Shown: piece by piece, positions 12,801-25,650 of the stretch
Position numbering within the stretch: the first letter of the stretch is position 1
Layout: each line of letters starts with the position of its first letter
Assembly (NCBI RefSeq): GCF_902459465.1
Contig: NC_047064.1
Span: forward strand, 3,906,001 to 3,970,000
Direction of reading: 5' to 3'
DNA from: Asterias rubens
Lineage: Eukaryota
Length of the DNA stretch: 64,000 bases
The notes under the pieces: generated by a model
What the model was told of the DNA's origin: nothing
Seen by the model: only the letters and a program-made list of their open reading frames with translations
The model's database searches: none
Position numbers and translations under genes: made by a program

Positions 12801-15800
12801 CTAAATGTAACCTTCTGGATGTTTTAGGGGCTCCATGTCAAGACTAAGCTCTTGACCGCCTCCCAGTTTTCAGGATGTTTCAGTTTGTGCACAATAGTAT
12901 TCCCAGTGTACAATTTCCATTTCTCACGATGCACCAGTTGTTTGCGTTTATTTCCAGCCTGATATCCTTCATAGAGTTCCAGGCCTTTGAGGCACTGTTA
13001 TGTTCTCCAGATGCACTTCACATGGTAGCCTTTCAGCTTTTCGACACCAACGGCTCGGGATTTGTGTCGTTTGGTGAGTGATTAACCTTTCGTTAACCTG
13101 TATTAGCCTTGAAGGTTTTAGACATTTACGCAAGAGTGGATACTGTTTTGTTGAGTTTTGTGGCTGAGTGGTCTATGAACTGGCATTTTGCCATTGTTAC
13201 AAGAGAACCCTGAGCTTGCACACTTGTTATGTGTTGTTTGTACAATTATTAACTATTGAATACATTGATTTCTATCTATCAGAGGAGTTCAAGAAGGTGA
13301 TCAGCGCCACCGAGGTATACCAACAGATCCCGTTCAACTTTGACTGTTCCTTTGTCACCAGGCATTTTGGAAAAGATAAGAAGAAAGAACTGTCCTACGC
13401 TGAATTCACACAATTTCTCTGGGTACGTAGAGTTCCCTCTCTGAATAAAGATGTGGCACTTTTTGGTAAGGGTTGGCAGGCCTGATACTTCATGAAGGCA
13501 ACGAAGGCGATTGCCTCCATGCCCCCGGTCATTGCCTTGGTGCCCTTGAAATGCTACAGTAGAAATTTAAAACCTCCTCATCGATCATAGGGTGCCCTTT
13601 ACCAAGGAGCAAATGCCTCGATGCCCTTGCCCTTTCAAAGACGAAGCATACAGGCCTGGGTTGGTCTACTCATGAAACTCACTGATAGTGGCTTGGTTAT
13701 TCCAAGTCTGTCAGAAAACACAAGGTGTGATGGAACCAATCACCAAGGCCATAGGGACATCGAGTCGTGGCCAAGCAGTTAAGAGCACCAGACTCGAGCT
13801 CTGGTGTTTCTGATCACCAGAGTATCAGTTGGAGTCCCGGTTATGGACACTTGTATCCTTGAGCAAGGTACTTTACCGTAGTTCTCTGTCCTTTGGATGG
13901 GATATTTTAAGCCCTACGTCCTGTGTTCTAGGATTAGAAGTGCACATAAAAGAACCCAGAACACTTATCGTGGAAGAGTAGGGGTTAACCCTGGTGTTGC
14001 TGGTTCACATACCAAGCACCCTTGTTTACAGGTTTCCTCAGGCTTGCAAGCTACAGTGGAAGGGTAGGGGTTAACCCCAGTGTTTCTGGTTCACATAGCA
14101 AGCACCCTTGTTTACAGGTTTCCTCAGGCTTGCGAGCTACAGTGGAAGGGTAGGGGTTAACCCCAGTGTTTCTGGTTCACATAGCAAGCACCCTTGTTTA
14201 CAGGTTTCCTCGGGCTTGCAAGCTACAGTGGAAGGGTAGGGGTTAACCCCAGTGTTGCTGGTTCACATAGCAAGCACCCTTGTTTACAGGTTTTCTCAGG
14301 CTTGCAAGCTACAGTGGAAGGGTAGGGGTTAGCCTTAGTGTTTCTGGTTCACATACCAAGCACCCTTGTTTACAGGTTTCCTCAGGCTTGCAAGCTACAG
14401 TGGAAAGGTAGGGGTTAACCCCAGTGTTTCTGGTTCACATAGCAAGCACCCTTGTTTACAGGTTTCCTCAGGCTTGCAAGCTACAGTGAAAGAGTAGGGG
14501 TTAACCCCAGTGTTTCTGGTTCACATAGCAAGCACCCTTGTTTACAGGTTTCCTCAGGCTTGTGAGCTGCAGTGATTAAATTCACTTATGAGACATCCTT
14601 GGTTTCATTACAAGAAGTATAAGAATAATAATAAACTTTTGCTATTGTTGTGCACTTTTTCACAGAGTTTACAAGAAGAGCATGCTAGACAGGCCTTTGA
14701 TAGATTCGACAAGGACCACCTTGGCGTCATCAACGCGTTAGAGTTCCGCAAGATCATGACCACCATCTCATCTCATCTCCTGACAGAATACGTAGAAGGC
14801 AATCTTGTTTCGGTAGGTGATTTAGGTTTCTTACAAAGGCAAGTCTTTAATTGTCAAATGAAAACTATATTAGATTTATTGGCTAAAACGATTGAGAGTT
14901 TTGCTGTGGGCAGAATGCCAGTCCATTGAAGATTACTCCCCAGCGCTCACCTGTGTTGCAGGAGATTCTGTCCCGCCGGAGATTCTCCCCCCCCCCCCCC
15001 ACCATCATACAGCAAACTGTGTACGAACTGCTTCTGAAAGTGCCCTCTTGAAACAGCCTCCTTCAGCCCACGTTAATTTCCCATAAAGGGGACAATCTCT
15101 GGTGGTCGTTGAAAGATTTCCCAGGGACAACAGTACCCCTTTTTAGCAATTGGGATAAAGTGCATTCTGGAAGGACACAGTTGTCTCAACTGACCTGGCC
15201 AGGATTCGAACCCACATTCTGTAAACTACAGAACTGGAGTCCACTACCCTAGACCACTTGGCCATCGGGCCATGACACCTCAGAAACAGGCCTAATAGGA
15301 AAAAAAATATATATATATATTAATTTTTACAATAATGGAACAAAGTAGTCTGGGCAATTTCATGAAAACTTGGTGCAGGGTGGTCTTATTGTTGTTGTTC
15401 AGGAGATTGTGAAACGATTTTTTAAATGGAGTTGTCGTGCCTGATCAATGGCTGATTGAGCATGATCTAGATCGGCACAAAGCCGTCAGAGTGACATATT
15501 GATGTCTCGACTTCACCCTTGTGCACAGCACCAGACTCCAATTCCATTCACAAATCGTGTTAATCAATGTGTGCTACCCCGTCTCCTCCCACAGGTTGCA
15601 GGTGGAGAGACCAAGCATTTAGTGAGCTTCCCGTACTTCAACGCTTTTAACTCTCTACTCAGTCGGATGGATCTCATCAAGAAGATTCACTCTGATATCA
15701 CAGACTCGGACCCCATAGCAGCTGTCACAAAAGGTAGGAGTCCAAGGTAGACAGTCCATGGTGCAGGGACATTGATTCTCCCTTTTCAACCGAAAATCCA

Positions 15801-18800
15801 GATTTTGTTTAAATTCCAAAAACAAATCTTCAAGGACCACCTTGGCGTCATCAAATGTTTTGTTTTTGTTTCTTTTTTCTCGAAGATCACATTTTTGTTT
15901 TATTTAACTAAGATCAAATTCATAAGACAATTATATGGCACACCCCATATTGCAGATTAGGGATTTTTGAAAATCTTTCGCGCTAGCAAGCTATCACGCT
16001 TTCTGCTCTTGGTTTAGTTTTCTTTTTAACAGCCTTTGACGGTGTCAAACTTATGCCAACAGTTTCCACTAACAAAAGTTCCAAATACGTAGCTATCAGG
16101 CTAAATGAGTTGTTTGTCGGAAATATCGGTCATCTGTACAGAAACAAACAAAAAAGGGCAAACAGGTGAAACTTTCAAAAACTATTTTTTTAAGGCCAAA
16201 GTATATTTATTTTATGTTAGCAACCTCTTTTCTGATAAACAACGTCAAACAGATTCTTCACAAAATTTTTGAAAATATATATTTCAAACCTCAAATTGTC
16301 AACTATCAAAGTGTCTATAATTGTATTTTTTTTTACGAATTTTAAAGCCATTATACACTTTCGGTACAGGAAAAGAAAAAAAAAAAGTTCACAGATTTAC
16401 AAATAACTTTTGGTAATGGTGAAAGACTTCTCTTGAAATATTATTCCATGAAATGCTTTACTTTTTGAGAAAACATTAAAAAACAATTATCAATTCTCGA
16501 TAGCGAGAATTACAGATTTATAGTAAACACATGTCATGACACGGCGAAACGTGCAGAAACAAGGGTGGGTTTTCCCGTTATTTTCTCCCGACTCCGATGA
16601 CCGATTGAGCCTAAATTTTCACAGGTTTGTTATTTTATATATAAGTTGTGATACAAGAAGTGTGGGCCTTGGACAATACTGTTTACCGAAAGTGTATAAT
16701 GGCTTTAACAAAAGGGCATTTATTAATGGGAATAAAAGAGTAAGTGGCTTGTTCTTACACGTCGTTTAAAACCTTGCAGGGTCGTTGCCGTGCGATAAAG
16801 GCCCTCACCTTCGCCTTATTGACGGATAATTTTTTTAAATTCAACAATATTAGTCATGTCTGGGCTTGTGGTGATGATTAAATACAGAAAGTGTTATTTC
16901 CAATCCTGTCTGTACTTGTTATCTTTATCAGAGGAGTTCTTACACGTAGCTCAACAGTTCTCACAGGTCACACCCCTGGAGGTTTCCATTCTGTTTCATC
17001 TCTGCTGTATGGACAGCTCCACAGGGTAAGTTTACCGGTCAATCAAATCACTAAAACTGCCAAGCTCGACCAATCATATCACTAAAAACTGCCAAGCTCA
17101 ACCAATCGTATCACTCAAACTGCTAAGCTCTGACCAATCATATCACTAGAACTGCCAAGCTCGACCAATCGTATCACTCAAACTGCTAAGCTCTGACCAA
17201 TCATATCACTCAAACTGCCAAGCTGAAAAGCTGTGACATAATATCAGTTTTGAGAAGAGATTTGAATTTTGTGGTACAAAAGATTTAATGGTAGAGGGTT
17301 CTGGATACGTGGCGCAGCTGAAGAAAAAGACCTGTCACACCAGGAGTGGTTATTTTATCAGTTTGTATTGTATGTCCTTTTCTTCTAATCCATTAAAACA
17401 GTCGTATCACGATGGCCGACCTTGATAAAGTAGCTCCAAAGGGTGACCTCGTCGGTGAACTTCAAGTCCAGCAACCAAAACAGGAAGTCAAGAGGACTGT
17501 GATCATCCAGGCCATGGAGTCTATCTATAGGTTTGCTCTTGGTGCTGTGGCTGGTGGTAAGTAGCCATCACAATACAACAGACCTGTAACTTAAGCATGA
17601 GATCTTTTCTTCCACGGTATAAAACCGCCCCCCTAGTGGCTTATAAGCCCACCTGGTATTCACTGCCTACCTTTATACCCATTTCACCTGGTACATTCTT
17701 CTAGGCATGCCAAACTGTTTTCTGTCTGGTTTGGAGCTGACAGTATAAAGTTATTGAAGCGGTTAGCTTACTGAGCCATATTACTGAGATACTGGGGGGG
17801 GGGGGGGTTGTCAAAGACTAGCCTTCACGGTTGGTGTATCTCAACACATGCATAAAATGACAAACCTGTGAAAATTTAAGCTCAATCGGTCATCGAACTT
17901 GCGAGATAATAATGAAAGAAAAAATACCCTTGTCACGAGAAGTTGTGTGCGTTTAGATAGTTGATTTTGAGACCTCAAGTTCTAAACTTGAGGTCTCAAA
18001 ATCAAATTCGTGGAAAATTACTTCTTTCTCGAAAACTATGGCACTTCAGAGGGAGCCATTTCTCACAATGTTTTATACCATCAACCTCTCCCCATTACTC
18101 GCCACCAATAAAGGTTTTACGCTAATAATTATTTTGAGTAATTACCAATAGTGTCCACTGCCTTTAATGCATCAGAAGGGTAAATTTATGACAATACATG
18201 TTTAAAATCAGGGCTACTGACCCCAGAGTTTATTAGCCCGAATGGCTACTTAACAAAAAGCTTAAGAGCAAGGCCTGACACCCCATTGCTAAAACTAAGA
18301 GGTAAGTGGTTTAGCGTCTATTGCTCTTATCAAAGTGTCAGGGTTTAGGGTTTAACTCTGCTGTGGGATCGGGTTGGGATTCAGGCCTAATTTCAATACT
18401 GTTTACCGGTAAGCAAATTTGTGCTAACTGTATCAGAAAAATGTGCATTAGCAAAACACTTATTTCACCATGTTTTTTTCAAGTTAGCAGAACATTTCTA
18501 AATGGCCTGCACATTCACTGTGGATTTGCTTTGTTATGTCACTCATGTGCTAACCTTGCTTAAGTTAAAGCCATTATACACTTTCGGAACAGAAAAATAA
18601 ATAAAAGTTCACAGATTTACAAATAACTTACAGGGTTTGCAGAAGGTAATGGTAAAAGACTTCTCTTGAAATATTGTTCCATGAAATGCTTTACTTTTTG
18701 AGAAAACATTAAAACAATTATCAATTCTCGGCAACAAGAATTACGGATTTATAGTAAACACATGTCATGACACGGCGAAATGTGCGGAAACAAGGGTGGA

Positions 18801-21800
18801 TTTTCCCGTTATTTTCTCCCGACTCCGATGACCGATTGAGCCTAAATTGTCAGAGGTTTGTTATTTTATATATAAGTTGTGATACACGAAGTGCGGGTCT
18901 TTGGACAATACTGTTTACCGTAAGTGTCCAATGGCTTTAAACAGCCTTATAAAATAGAAATTCTGCTAAGGGAGGCCCTGAAAGTACAAAACGGCTCCTC
19001 ACTAGTCTTACAAAATTGAGCCCTGAGTTGACAAAAAATCTCCCATGTATGTTTTTTTTTATCGACAGCTGTTGGAGCCACTGCTGTGTATCCGATCGAT
19101 CTGGTCAAGACCAGGATGCAGAACCAGCGTGGAGGTTTGGTCGGCGAGTTGATGTACGAGAATAGCTTGGACTGTTTTACTAAAGTCATCAGACACGAAG
19201 GCATCATGGGTCTCTATAGAGGTATGTCACCACCTTGCTTACTGAGTTTTCACCCCTCTCTTCCCCTCCTGCTTAGCGGAAATTTGCCCCAAGCACAGTT
19301 TCTAACAGTTTCAGTTTTTCATAGCAAGGTTGAGAGCAGGGGAACGACTAAGCCATTAAGTTGGTTTAAGTGGGCAGTAATACTTAACTTTTTCCCCAGC
19401 ATTTGGAGCCTTAAGCTCGGTACATACTTCTTTTGAATGCGAATGCGGCAGCATCTCCAATCTTCCCTGTCCTTTATGCAGCCAACTCTGTTGTGGTTTC
19501 TGCCCCAGCATCTCTCCTCAAGACACCAACAAAGCTCAACCTCTGTCTTCCTTAACACCTTCTCTGCAATAAAGAATAGCACAGAGAACTGAGTGGGATA
19601 CTTGTATACCATTAGCGGCAGGAACGTTTTTAAACAATCTTACTTTTTTTATTTTAACAGGGTTACCCCCTCAGCTGGTGGGTGTGGCTCCAGAGAAGGC
19701 CATCAAGCTCACCATGAACGACTTTGTCCGAGATCATATGAGGAATAAAGACGGAAGTATACCATTTTGGGCTGAATGTCTGGCAGGAGGCTGTGTAAGT
19801 GTCTCAAGGGGTTATGAAATAAATTGCCTTTCAAGGGTTTGAGTACATTTTGTAGGACACAAACACAATGTCCACAGATTTTTATTTGAAGATAAAGATG
19901 GCAGAAAGCTTCCCTTAAAATATTACTTGCTATAAAGGTGCCGTAGGTTTTTTAGAATTGAGTCACAAAACAATGTTTGTATCCACGAGACAAACGCTAT
20001 TTTAGCATGTCAAACGTATTTACCAGTACTTATATGAAATACCAATACTGGTTAATACGTTTGTACATGCTAAAATAATGTAAATCTGTGGACATTGTGT
20101 GTTGTGCTTCAAAAAAGTACCCAAACCCCTTTAGAGGCAGGGTATACTTTTAGTAATTGTCAAAGACAAGTATCAAATTTGTTGGTGAAAAATAACCTCT
20201 TGCTCCAAAACTACAATAACATCAAATGTCTACGTCCTTGCGGACTGGTAGGAGGTAAACCTGTTTCAGCCTCAAGGGTAGGTGGCAACAAGCTCCTTAT
20301 GTCAGTTGATTTGAGTCAATAGTCCAAACCCGTTAAGTGTAGCCCAGACCTTGCAGTGGGCTTGTGATATTAAGCAATCTCATGAAAACAAAATGTAATC
20401 AAATTTTTAAAAAAGGCAATTTCTGATAAATTACCTTCGCATTTTTGGAGCTGACAAAACAAAACGTTTCGCTCCATGCCAAATCTGTACTGGTAGTAAT
20501 TTTCTTCAACAAGTTGGCTTATTTCTCGTGGTATGACTTTATTATAATTGAATTTACAGGCTGGTGGATCTCAAGTGATGTTCACCAATCCATTAGAGAT
20601 TGTGAAGATCCGGTTGCAGGTAGCTGGTGAGATTCAGGCGGGACCCAGAGTCAGTGCCATCACCGTCATCAGAGATTTGGGATTCTTTGGTCTGTATAAG
20701 GTAAGAAACATCTTTAGTCTCTTGACGTTGACTAGAGCAAGCTAGTCAAAAAATGATGAGACCCATTAAGATCTCACTCTGCGGCAGTGAAGTTATTAAC
20801 GAGAACTCCCCTCAATCCAACAAGAAAAAAGTAGTAGTCCATGCCGATTTCCTACCTTCCGTCCAGGTAGTAGTTCTTTTTACAAATAAGTAGTCTCCCG
20901 AAATCTGAAATCTACTCCGTGGTAGTATAAAAAAAACAAGACCTCGTCTCCAAGGAGCCAAGTAGATGTACTACCGCAAGCTGAGTATATATTGATACCT
21001 TAACATGCAATGCCTCAAAAACTATAAACATCGTCTGCCTCTTAGTTCTGCTGCTGAATTTCAAAACTTTTCCACAATAGGTTTCCTTCACTGTGAATGG
21101 ATCTTGATAAATTTGGCATGAAAGTAGTATGATGAACGGAAAACTACATTAAATTCATAGTTTGTTATTCATTCCTTTTTTCCAATCTGTTCTGATCTAG
21201 GGTGCCAGAGCGTGTTTTCTTCGAGACATCCCCTTCTCTGCCATCTACTTCCCCGGCTACGCACATCTTAAGAAATTCTTTGCTGACAAGGATGGACACA
21301 ACAGCCCTCTCTCCTTGTTGACTGCTGCCACACTTGCTGGTAAGTTTTTAATTTTTTTTCTTTTTTTCTTTTACGGTGTTGCTGTTGGTTGGTGTTTGAT
21401 TGTTTCTTTCTTTTTGTTGTTTTTGTACGTTTGTTTTGTTTGCTTGTTTAGATGATCTTATCGACAAAAAATACTTGGCAAAGCTCCCCACAAGGGGATA
21501 TAAACGCCAAGCTGGCAACAGCCAATCTTAGTTTATTGTCTATGACTATGATTTGTGCAACGATGAAATGTGATTCACTAACTAGGCGACATACTAATAC
21601 TAGTCATTGTGAAATCAGCGGTTAGCTTGGCCGGATTCAAACCCAGAACCTTTTTTATTGCAAGTCATGCAGTCTGACCACTTGATCACGATGGCATAAA
21701 AGACACACTGGAATAAACAATTTTTAGACATTGAAAATAACATACAACATCATTCTGCCAACACATGTCTCAAATTGTATATTCCGATTACAGACTACTT

Positions 21801-23430
21801 TCCCTGCGCTTCAATAACAGCTCCAGATTTTTGGCAATATCTCGAATACACTACAAATTTGTTAAAACAATCGGATGGTGGTTTCAAAAACCAAAGGTTT
21901 ACCTTGCCTTTAATCTGTTCATGTCTCTGTTTCTCCCCCAAGGCCCTCCTGCCGCTTATCTAGCCACACCAGCTGACGTCATTAAGACCAGGCTACAGGT
22001 TGTTGCCAGGAAGGGACAGCAGACGTACTCCGGAGTCACTGACTGCATCCGTAAGATCTATGCACAGGAAGGCTTTAGAGCGTTCTTCAAGGGTGGGCCA
22101 GGTTAGTCGCATCCAGGCATGGTATTCTGTCTACTCTAGTCTGATTTCCAACACACAAAAAAACAGCAAAATTTTGGTAGAATGGGTTAACGCTTTAGAG
22201 ACCATATTGGTCTCACAAGCGTCTTGTACCAAAATGCCCATGGCAACGGCAAACACGTATACACTGTGTGTTAGCATTGTATGCTCAGTTCTGTGAAAAA
22301 AAATCACAGGCATACTACTCGGATGGGATTCGATCCCACGACCCTTGTAATTCTAGAGCAGTGTCTTACCAACTAGACTACCGAGGTTAGACTGCTAGAG
22401 GCAGTTCGAATCCTATGTTTTAGCCGCAGGTACTGCAAACGATTTAATAGATGTATTAATTATATTAACTTTGGGTTTATTAGCACTGTATGCTTGGTAC
22501 TTTCCCCGAGTTCTGTGAACAAAATCACATGAGTAATATGCCTACGGTACATGTAGGTGTTCTGTTTAATTTTTAATGTATATTGGTCTATATTGTTACA
22601 ATTTTAAATGTTTTTTCCCTGTTTAAATATCCGGGGCCAGCCAGAAAAGCAGGTTGGCTCCGTATGTTTTGTTTTTAATCAGATGTGTCCTGGTTTTTTA
22701 CTAAAAATTAATTGATTTGATAAAAATGTTGTTCTGTTTTTTAGCCCGTGTGTTTAGATCGTCACCGCAATTTGGCGTCACCCTTATGACATATGAGATC
22801 CTGCAGAGAAGTCTCTACATCGACTTTGGAGGACAGTAAGTTTAACAGTGTAGAAGTGTCAAAGGGTGTCACGGCCGAACAGTTTGAGCGTTCAATTCAA
22901 GTTCTGGTTGTTAAATCATCGGGATGTTGGTTAGAATCCCCGGTCATGACACTCTCTTCACTCTCTCATAGCCGTCTTCACCCAGGGGTATAGTGGGTTC
23001 CTTCGAGGGTAGAGGTTAATATTGTGTTTGAAAAAGCCTTCGGAGCACCATGGCAGCCTGGGGCTGTATACTCCCCAGTAAGCTGAGAAAGATCAAAGGA
23101 ATGTTTTATTATTATTATTATTCGCCCAGACCTACCAATCATAATTGTTAAGTTTCCATTATGTAATTTTCTAAATCCACCTGAGTAAAAGCATTGCTTT
23201 CTGAAAAATGAGTCTTATTATTTTTTATGTATTTGTGTTTTTTCCGCAGACGTCCAGAGGGTTCGACGCACAAGGCAAGCACCCATGTAGCAGACCTGCC
23301 TCCTGTCAACCCCGATCATCTTGGAGGACTCCGGCTAGCCGTCGCCACCTTCTCTGGTGTCGAAACCAAGTTTGGCTTGTTCCTACCTAAATTTAGAAAC
23401 CCTGTCGCAGCCGCCGCGCAAAGCAGCTAG
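9837..23430 (+). CDS. SLC25A12: Calcium-binding mitochondrial aspartate/glutamate carrier (aralar/citrin; presumed co-ortholog of SLC25A12 and SLC25A13), ~676 aa, 16 coding exons: 9837(or 9858)-9878, 11367-11423, 12098-12240, 12958-13073, 13283-13422, 14666-14812, 15595-15733, 16932-17025, 17402-17556, 19069-19221, 19661-19794, 20560-20700, 21201-21339, 21943-22101, 22745-22835, 23250-23430
   Basis: The exons join in frame (2031 nt from ATG 9837). N-terminal EF hands ([30 protein letters not shown]) are followed by three carrier signatures ([33 protein letters not shown]), [34 protein letters not shown] and the C-terminal helix [27 protein letters not shown]. Confidence 0.98.
10906..11281 (+). 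mobile_element. MITE family B (~375 bp, TTAA-flanked)
   Basis: TTAAAGCCATTGGACCCTTTCGGT ... ACCGAAAGGGTCCAATGGCTTTAA are perfect inverted ends. Confidence 0.88.
12366..12652 (-). mobile_element. SINE, 5'-truncated
   Basis: Body and tail are nearly identical to 30298-30692. Confidence 0.82.
13477..13658 (+). mobile_element. CAGGCCTG-ended short repeat family; other copies at 40398-40561 (+) and 34365-34445 (-)
   Basis: Shared body gcgattgcctccatgccc..gtcattgccttg.tgcccttg.aa...gtagaaattta...catagggtgccctttaccaaggag. Confidence 0.75.
13754..14010 (+). mobile_element. SINE whose 3' half runs into the 86-bp minisatellite
   Basis: tggccaagcag...ggagtcccgg...gtatccttgagcaagg...ggatggga...aagaaccca...acttatcgtggaagagtaggggtt. 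Confidence 0.8.
13970..14571 (+). repeat. Minisatellite, 7 x 86 bp, in aralar intron 5
   Basis: The unit gtggaagggtaggggttaaccccagtgtttctggttcacatagcaagcacccttgtttacaggtttcctcaggcttgcaagctaca starts at 13970, 14056, 14142, 14228, 14314, 14400 and 14486. Confidence 0.95.
16342..16708 (-). mobile_element. MITE family B copy
   Basis: TTAAAGCCATTATACACTTTCGGT ... ACCGAAAGTGTATAATGGCTTTAA. Confidence 0.88.
17039..17224 (+). repeat. Tandem repeat, about 6 x 30-31 bp, in aralar intron 8
   Basis: The unit is approximately gaccaatcatatcactaaaactgccaagctc, with alternating variants (gccaagctc / gctaagctct). Confidence 0.9.
17808..18167 (+). mobile_element. MITE family A copy (left end replaced by a poly-G run)
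   Basis: Same internal sequence as 34493-34867; ends in accaatagtgtccactgcctttaa. Confidence 0.85.
18565..18940 (-). mobile_element. MITE family B copy
   Basis: TTAAAGCCATTATACACTTTCGG ... CCGTAAGTGTCCAATGGCTTTAA. Confidence 0.88.
20717..20980 (+). mobile_element. Decayed copy of the hammerhead-headed element in aralar intron 12
   Basis: GTCTC-TTGACGT-TGACTA-GAGCAAGC-TAGTC-AAAAAATGAT-GAGAC keeps the same helices I and II but has a mutated core. It is followed by ...gcggcagtg...gtagtagtcc...ctccgtggtagta...caagtagat...taccgcaa, homologous to 29690-29912. Confidence 0.6.
22265..22540 (-). mobile_element. tRNA-like SINE head embedded in a short direct repeat (not a functional tRNA)
   Basis: Minus strand CTCGGTAGTCTAGTTGGTAAGAC...GTGGGATCGAATCCCATCCGAG has D and T arms but no paired anticodon stem. 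Direct repeats ttagca.tgtatgct...gttctgtgaa..aaatcaca occur at 22271 and 22480. Confidence 0.6.
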
Positions 23431-25291
23431 TGACGGAATGTTTGTTTTTGAAGAATTTAAAAGTAGGAGCGTGTAGATAATTGTGAGTACAAGGGAGGTA
23501 AGGAGGGGCTGGACAGTTCCTTGGTTGAACCATTGAATCGGATAAGGAACAAAAGTGGTGTGACTTAAATACTTTTAAGGCACTGGTTAGTTTTTTATTT
23601 AGTTTTTTTCTGGGAAACCCAACAAGCATTCTATACACCAATCCGGGCGCCCAAATGTTGGGCACCGCGCGCCATTTGCTGCGGTGTCTTCAGTGTCTAG
23701 ATTATGCACAAAGACACCGCAGTTGTTAATTTTGTTCAATAGATGGCACTACCAATTTTGTTTCGTCGGATTGGTCTATGGGTTGTCTGTTAACCTAACT
23801 CAAACTACGAGTGTTCAATTGCGTTTAAACCTAGGATTTGACTGACCCTCATTAATCTTTGTGAAAATTCTGTCTGTTATTTTTTTGGTTTTTGTCTGTT
23901 TGAGATAGCATTAGCATTTCATTGTTGTCTCAACAGTGCAAACTTGCAGAGTAAGTTTGTAAAAAAATAATTGTCACAAGTGCATTTTTAATTTTAATTT
24001 TTGTTTGCCAAGTTTCTGATTGTGATAATATTTCAGTGAATATTTATCACCGAAATTTGTAATGAATGATACATGTTGCCAACATAAACATTTGCTTGAA
24101 AATCTAATGTATTATAAATTTGTCTAGGAGTAAGAAATATAAAGGAAAAAATATGGATGCCCGTGCCGCACAAGCTTGACTACTGAGCTAGAGCAGTTGT
24201 CTTTGATAGAGCAGTCAGCAGCTCTATTGTATTTGGTAATGATAAGGCTTGCTTTCAGAGAGGCTCAAATCATTCTCTTTTGATGTGAATTATCTTTTAA
24301 ATCGGGAAACTTGTTGGTGCTTTGTGCAGCTGAGTAGAATCTTGAATGGTTGGTTTAATCTCTTGTTTGAGAAGGAGATAAGAGTGCGGTGTAAAAGACG
24401 AGTATACTGTTTTACCCATTGTGTTAATTTACAGGAAGTGGAATAGCGCCCTCGCTTGCTATTCAGAAGGATTACATCATCCACCTCTTGATAAATTTGA
24501 TGGTAGTATCTGCAGATTTGTTACTGTTGCATGCAATAAAGGCCAATGCTTGCTATTTGACAAGATTTATCCACACGTTACGTGGAAAAGTGTTATTTAT
24601 TGCAATTTGCAGGCGAGGCAAATATGTGTTCAGGTGAACTCCTTCTGCACTGGGACATGTTGAAATTGTTTCAAAATGTTGTCGAAAGACTTCGGTATTG
24701 CTATGGCAAGGGAATTCAACAAACTATGTTGTGAACAAGTTGTGCCCAAAATGTGCGAGCATAAATTCAGCATTTGATATCTATCCTGCAAGGTTGAAAA
24801 AATTATTGTAATTTTGAAAAAATTATTGTAATTTATTTTTGCCATTTTAAATGGAGAGACAGTACTTTTTACATTTTTTTTCACAAATCAATTATTAAAT
24901 GACAGGGTGTTTTATTATAAATGAATAATAAATTCCAGCTCCTTTAAAATCAAATTTAATATGTTTTGGGGTGTGAATATAGAGATAAAGAAGACGTTTC
25001 CAGAAGGATTTACTCAAAAATGTATAGTAATGAAGTTAGAGTCGATTTATCATATATAATCCACCTTTATAGAAACGTGAGGCTTCTTAAATAACCAAGA
25101 ACAATAGTTTAAAAAAGTGAATGTTGTATAAATTGCAGTGACAGTGTGCACTTGGGATACAGGCAAATGCCTGTTTTAGAACCACTCAAATAATTGAAAG
25201 AATAGCTGGAAGCAAATAAGTTTTTTTTTGTGGCTGTTCGGACAGAATCATTTTGTAAGATGCTTACTACTGTAACCATCTCTATAACAAG

Positions 25292-25650
25292 TTCAAAGAC
25301 ACTGGACACTATTGGTAATGGACCCTTCCCATGAAATATGCTAATTACATTCACGCATGCGAATGTGTATCTCAACATTTGCATAAAATAACAAACCTGT
25401 GAACATTTGAGCTCAATTGGTCGTCAAATAGGTGGAAGAATAATGGAAGAAAAAACGCCCTTGTCACATGAAGTTGTGTGCTTTCACATGCTTGATTTCG
25501 AGACCTCAAAATCTAATTCTGAGGTCTCGAAATCAAATTCCTTGGAAAATTACTTATTTCTCGAAAAGGTCATTACTTCAGAGGGAGCCATTTCTTACAA
25601 TGATTTATACTATCAATAGCTCTCCATTGCCTGTTAACATGAAAGTTTTT
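25292..25650 (+). mobile_element. MITE family A copy, 3'-truncated, with a short internal insertion near 25321-25360
   Basis: Starts aaagacactggacactattggtaat and carries the family A body. Confidence 0.8.

Noticed and set aside
13970-17224. 86-bp and 31-bp arrays as CRISPR-like arrays
   Set aside because: No unique spacers, no cas genes and a eukaryotic intronic context.
22317-22386. Possible tRNA gene
   Set aside because: The anticodon stem does not pair and the acceptor stem has only 5 bp; it is a SINE head.
23686-23701. Iron-responsive element (CAGTGT)
   Set aside because: The five bases on either side of the hexamer do not pair, so IRE geometry is absent.
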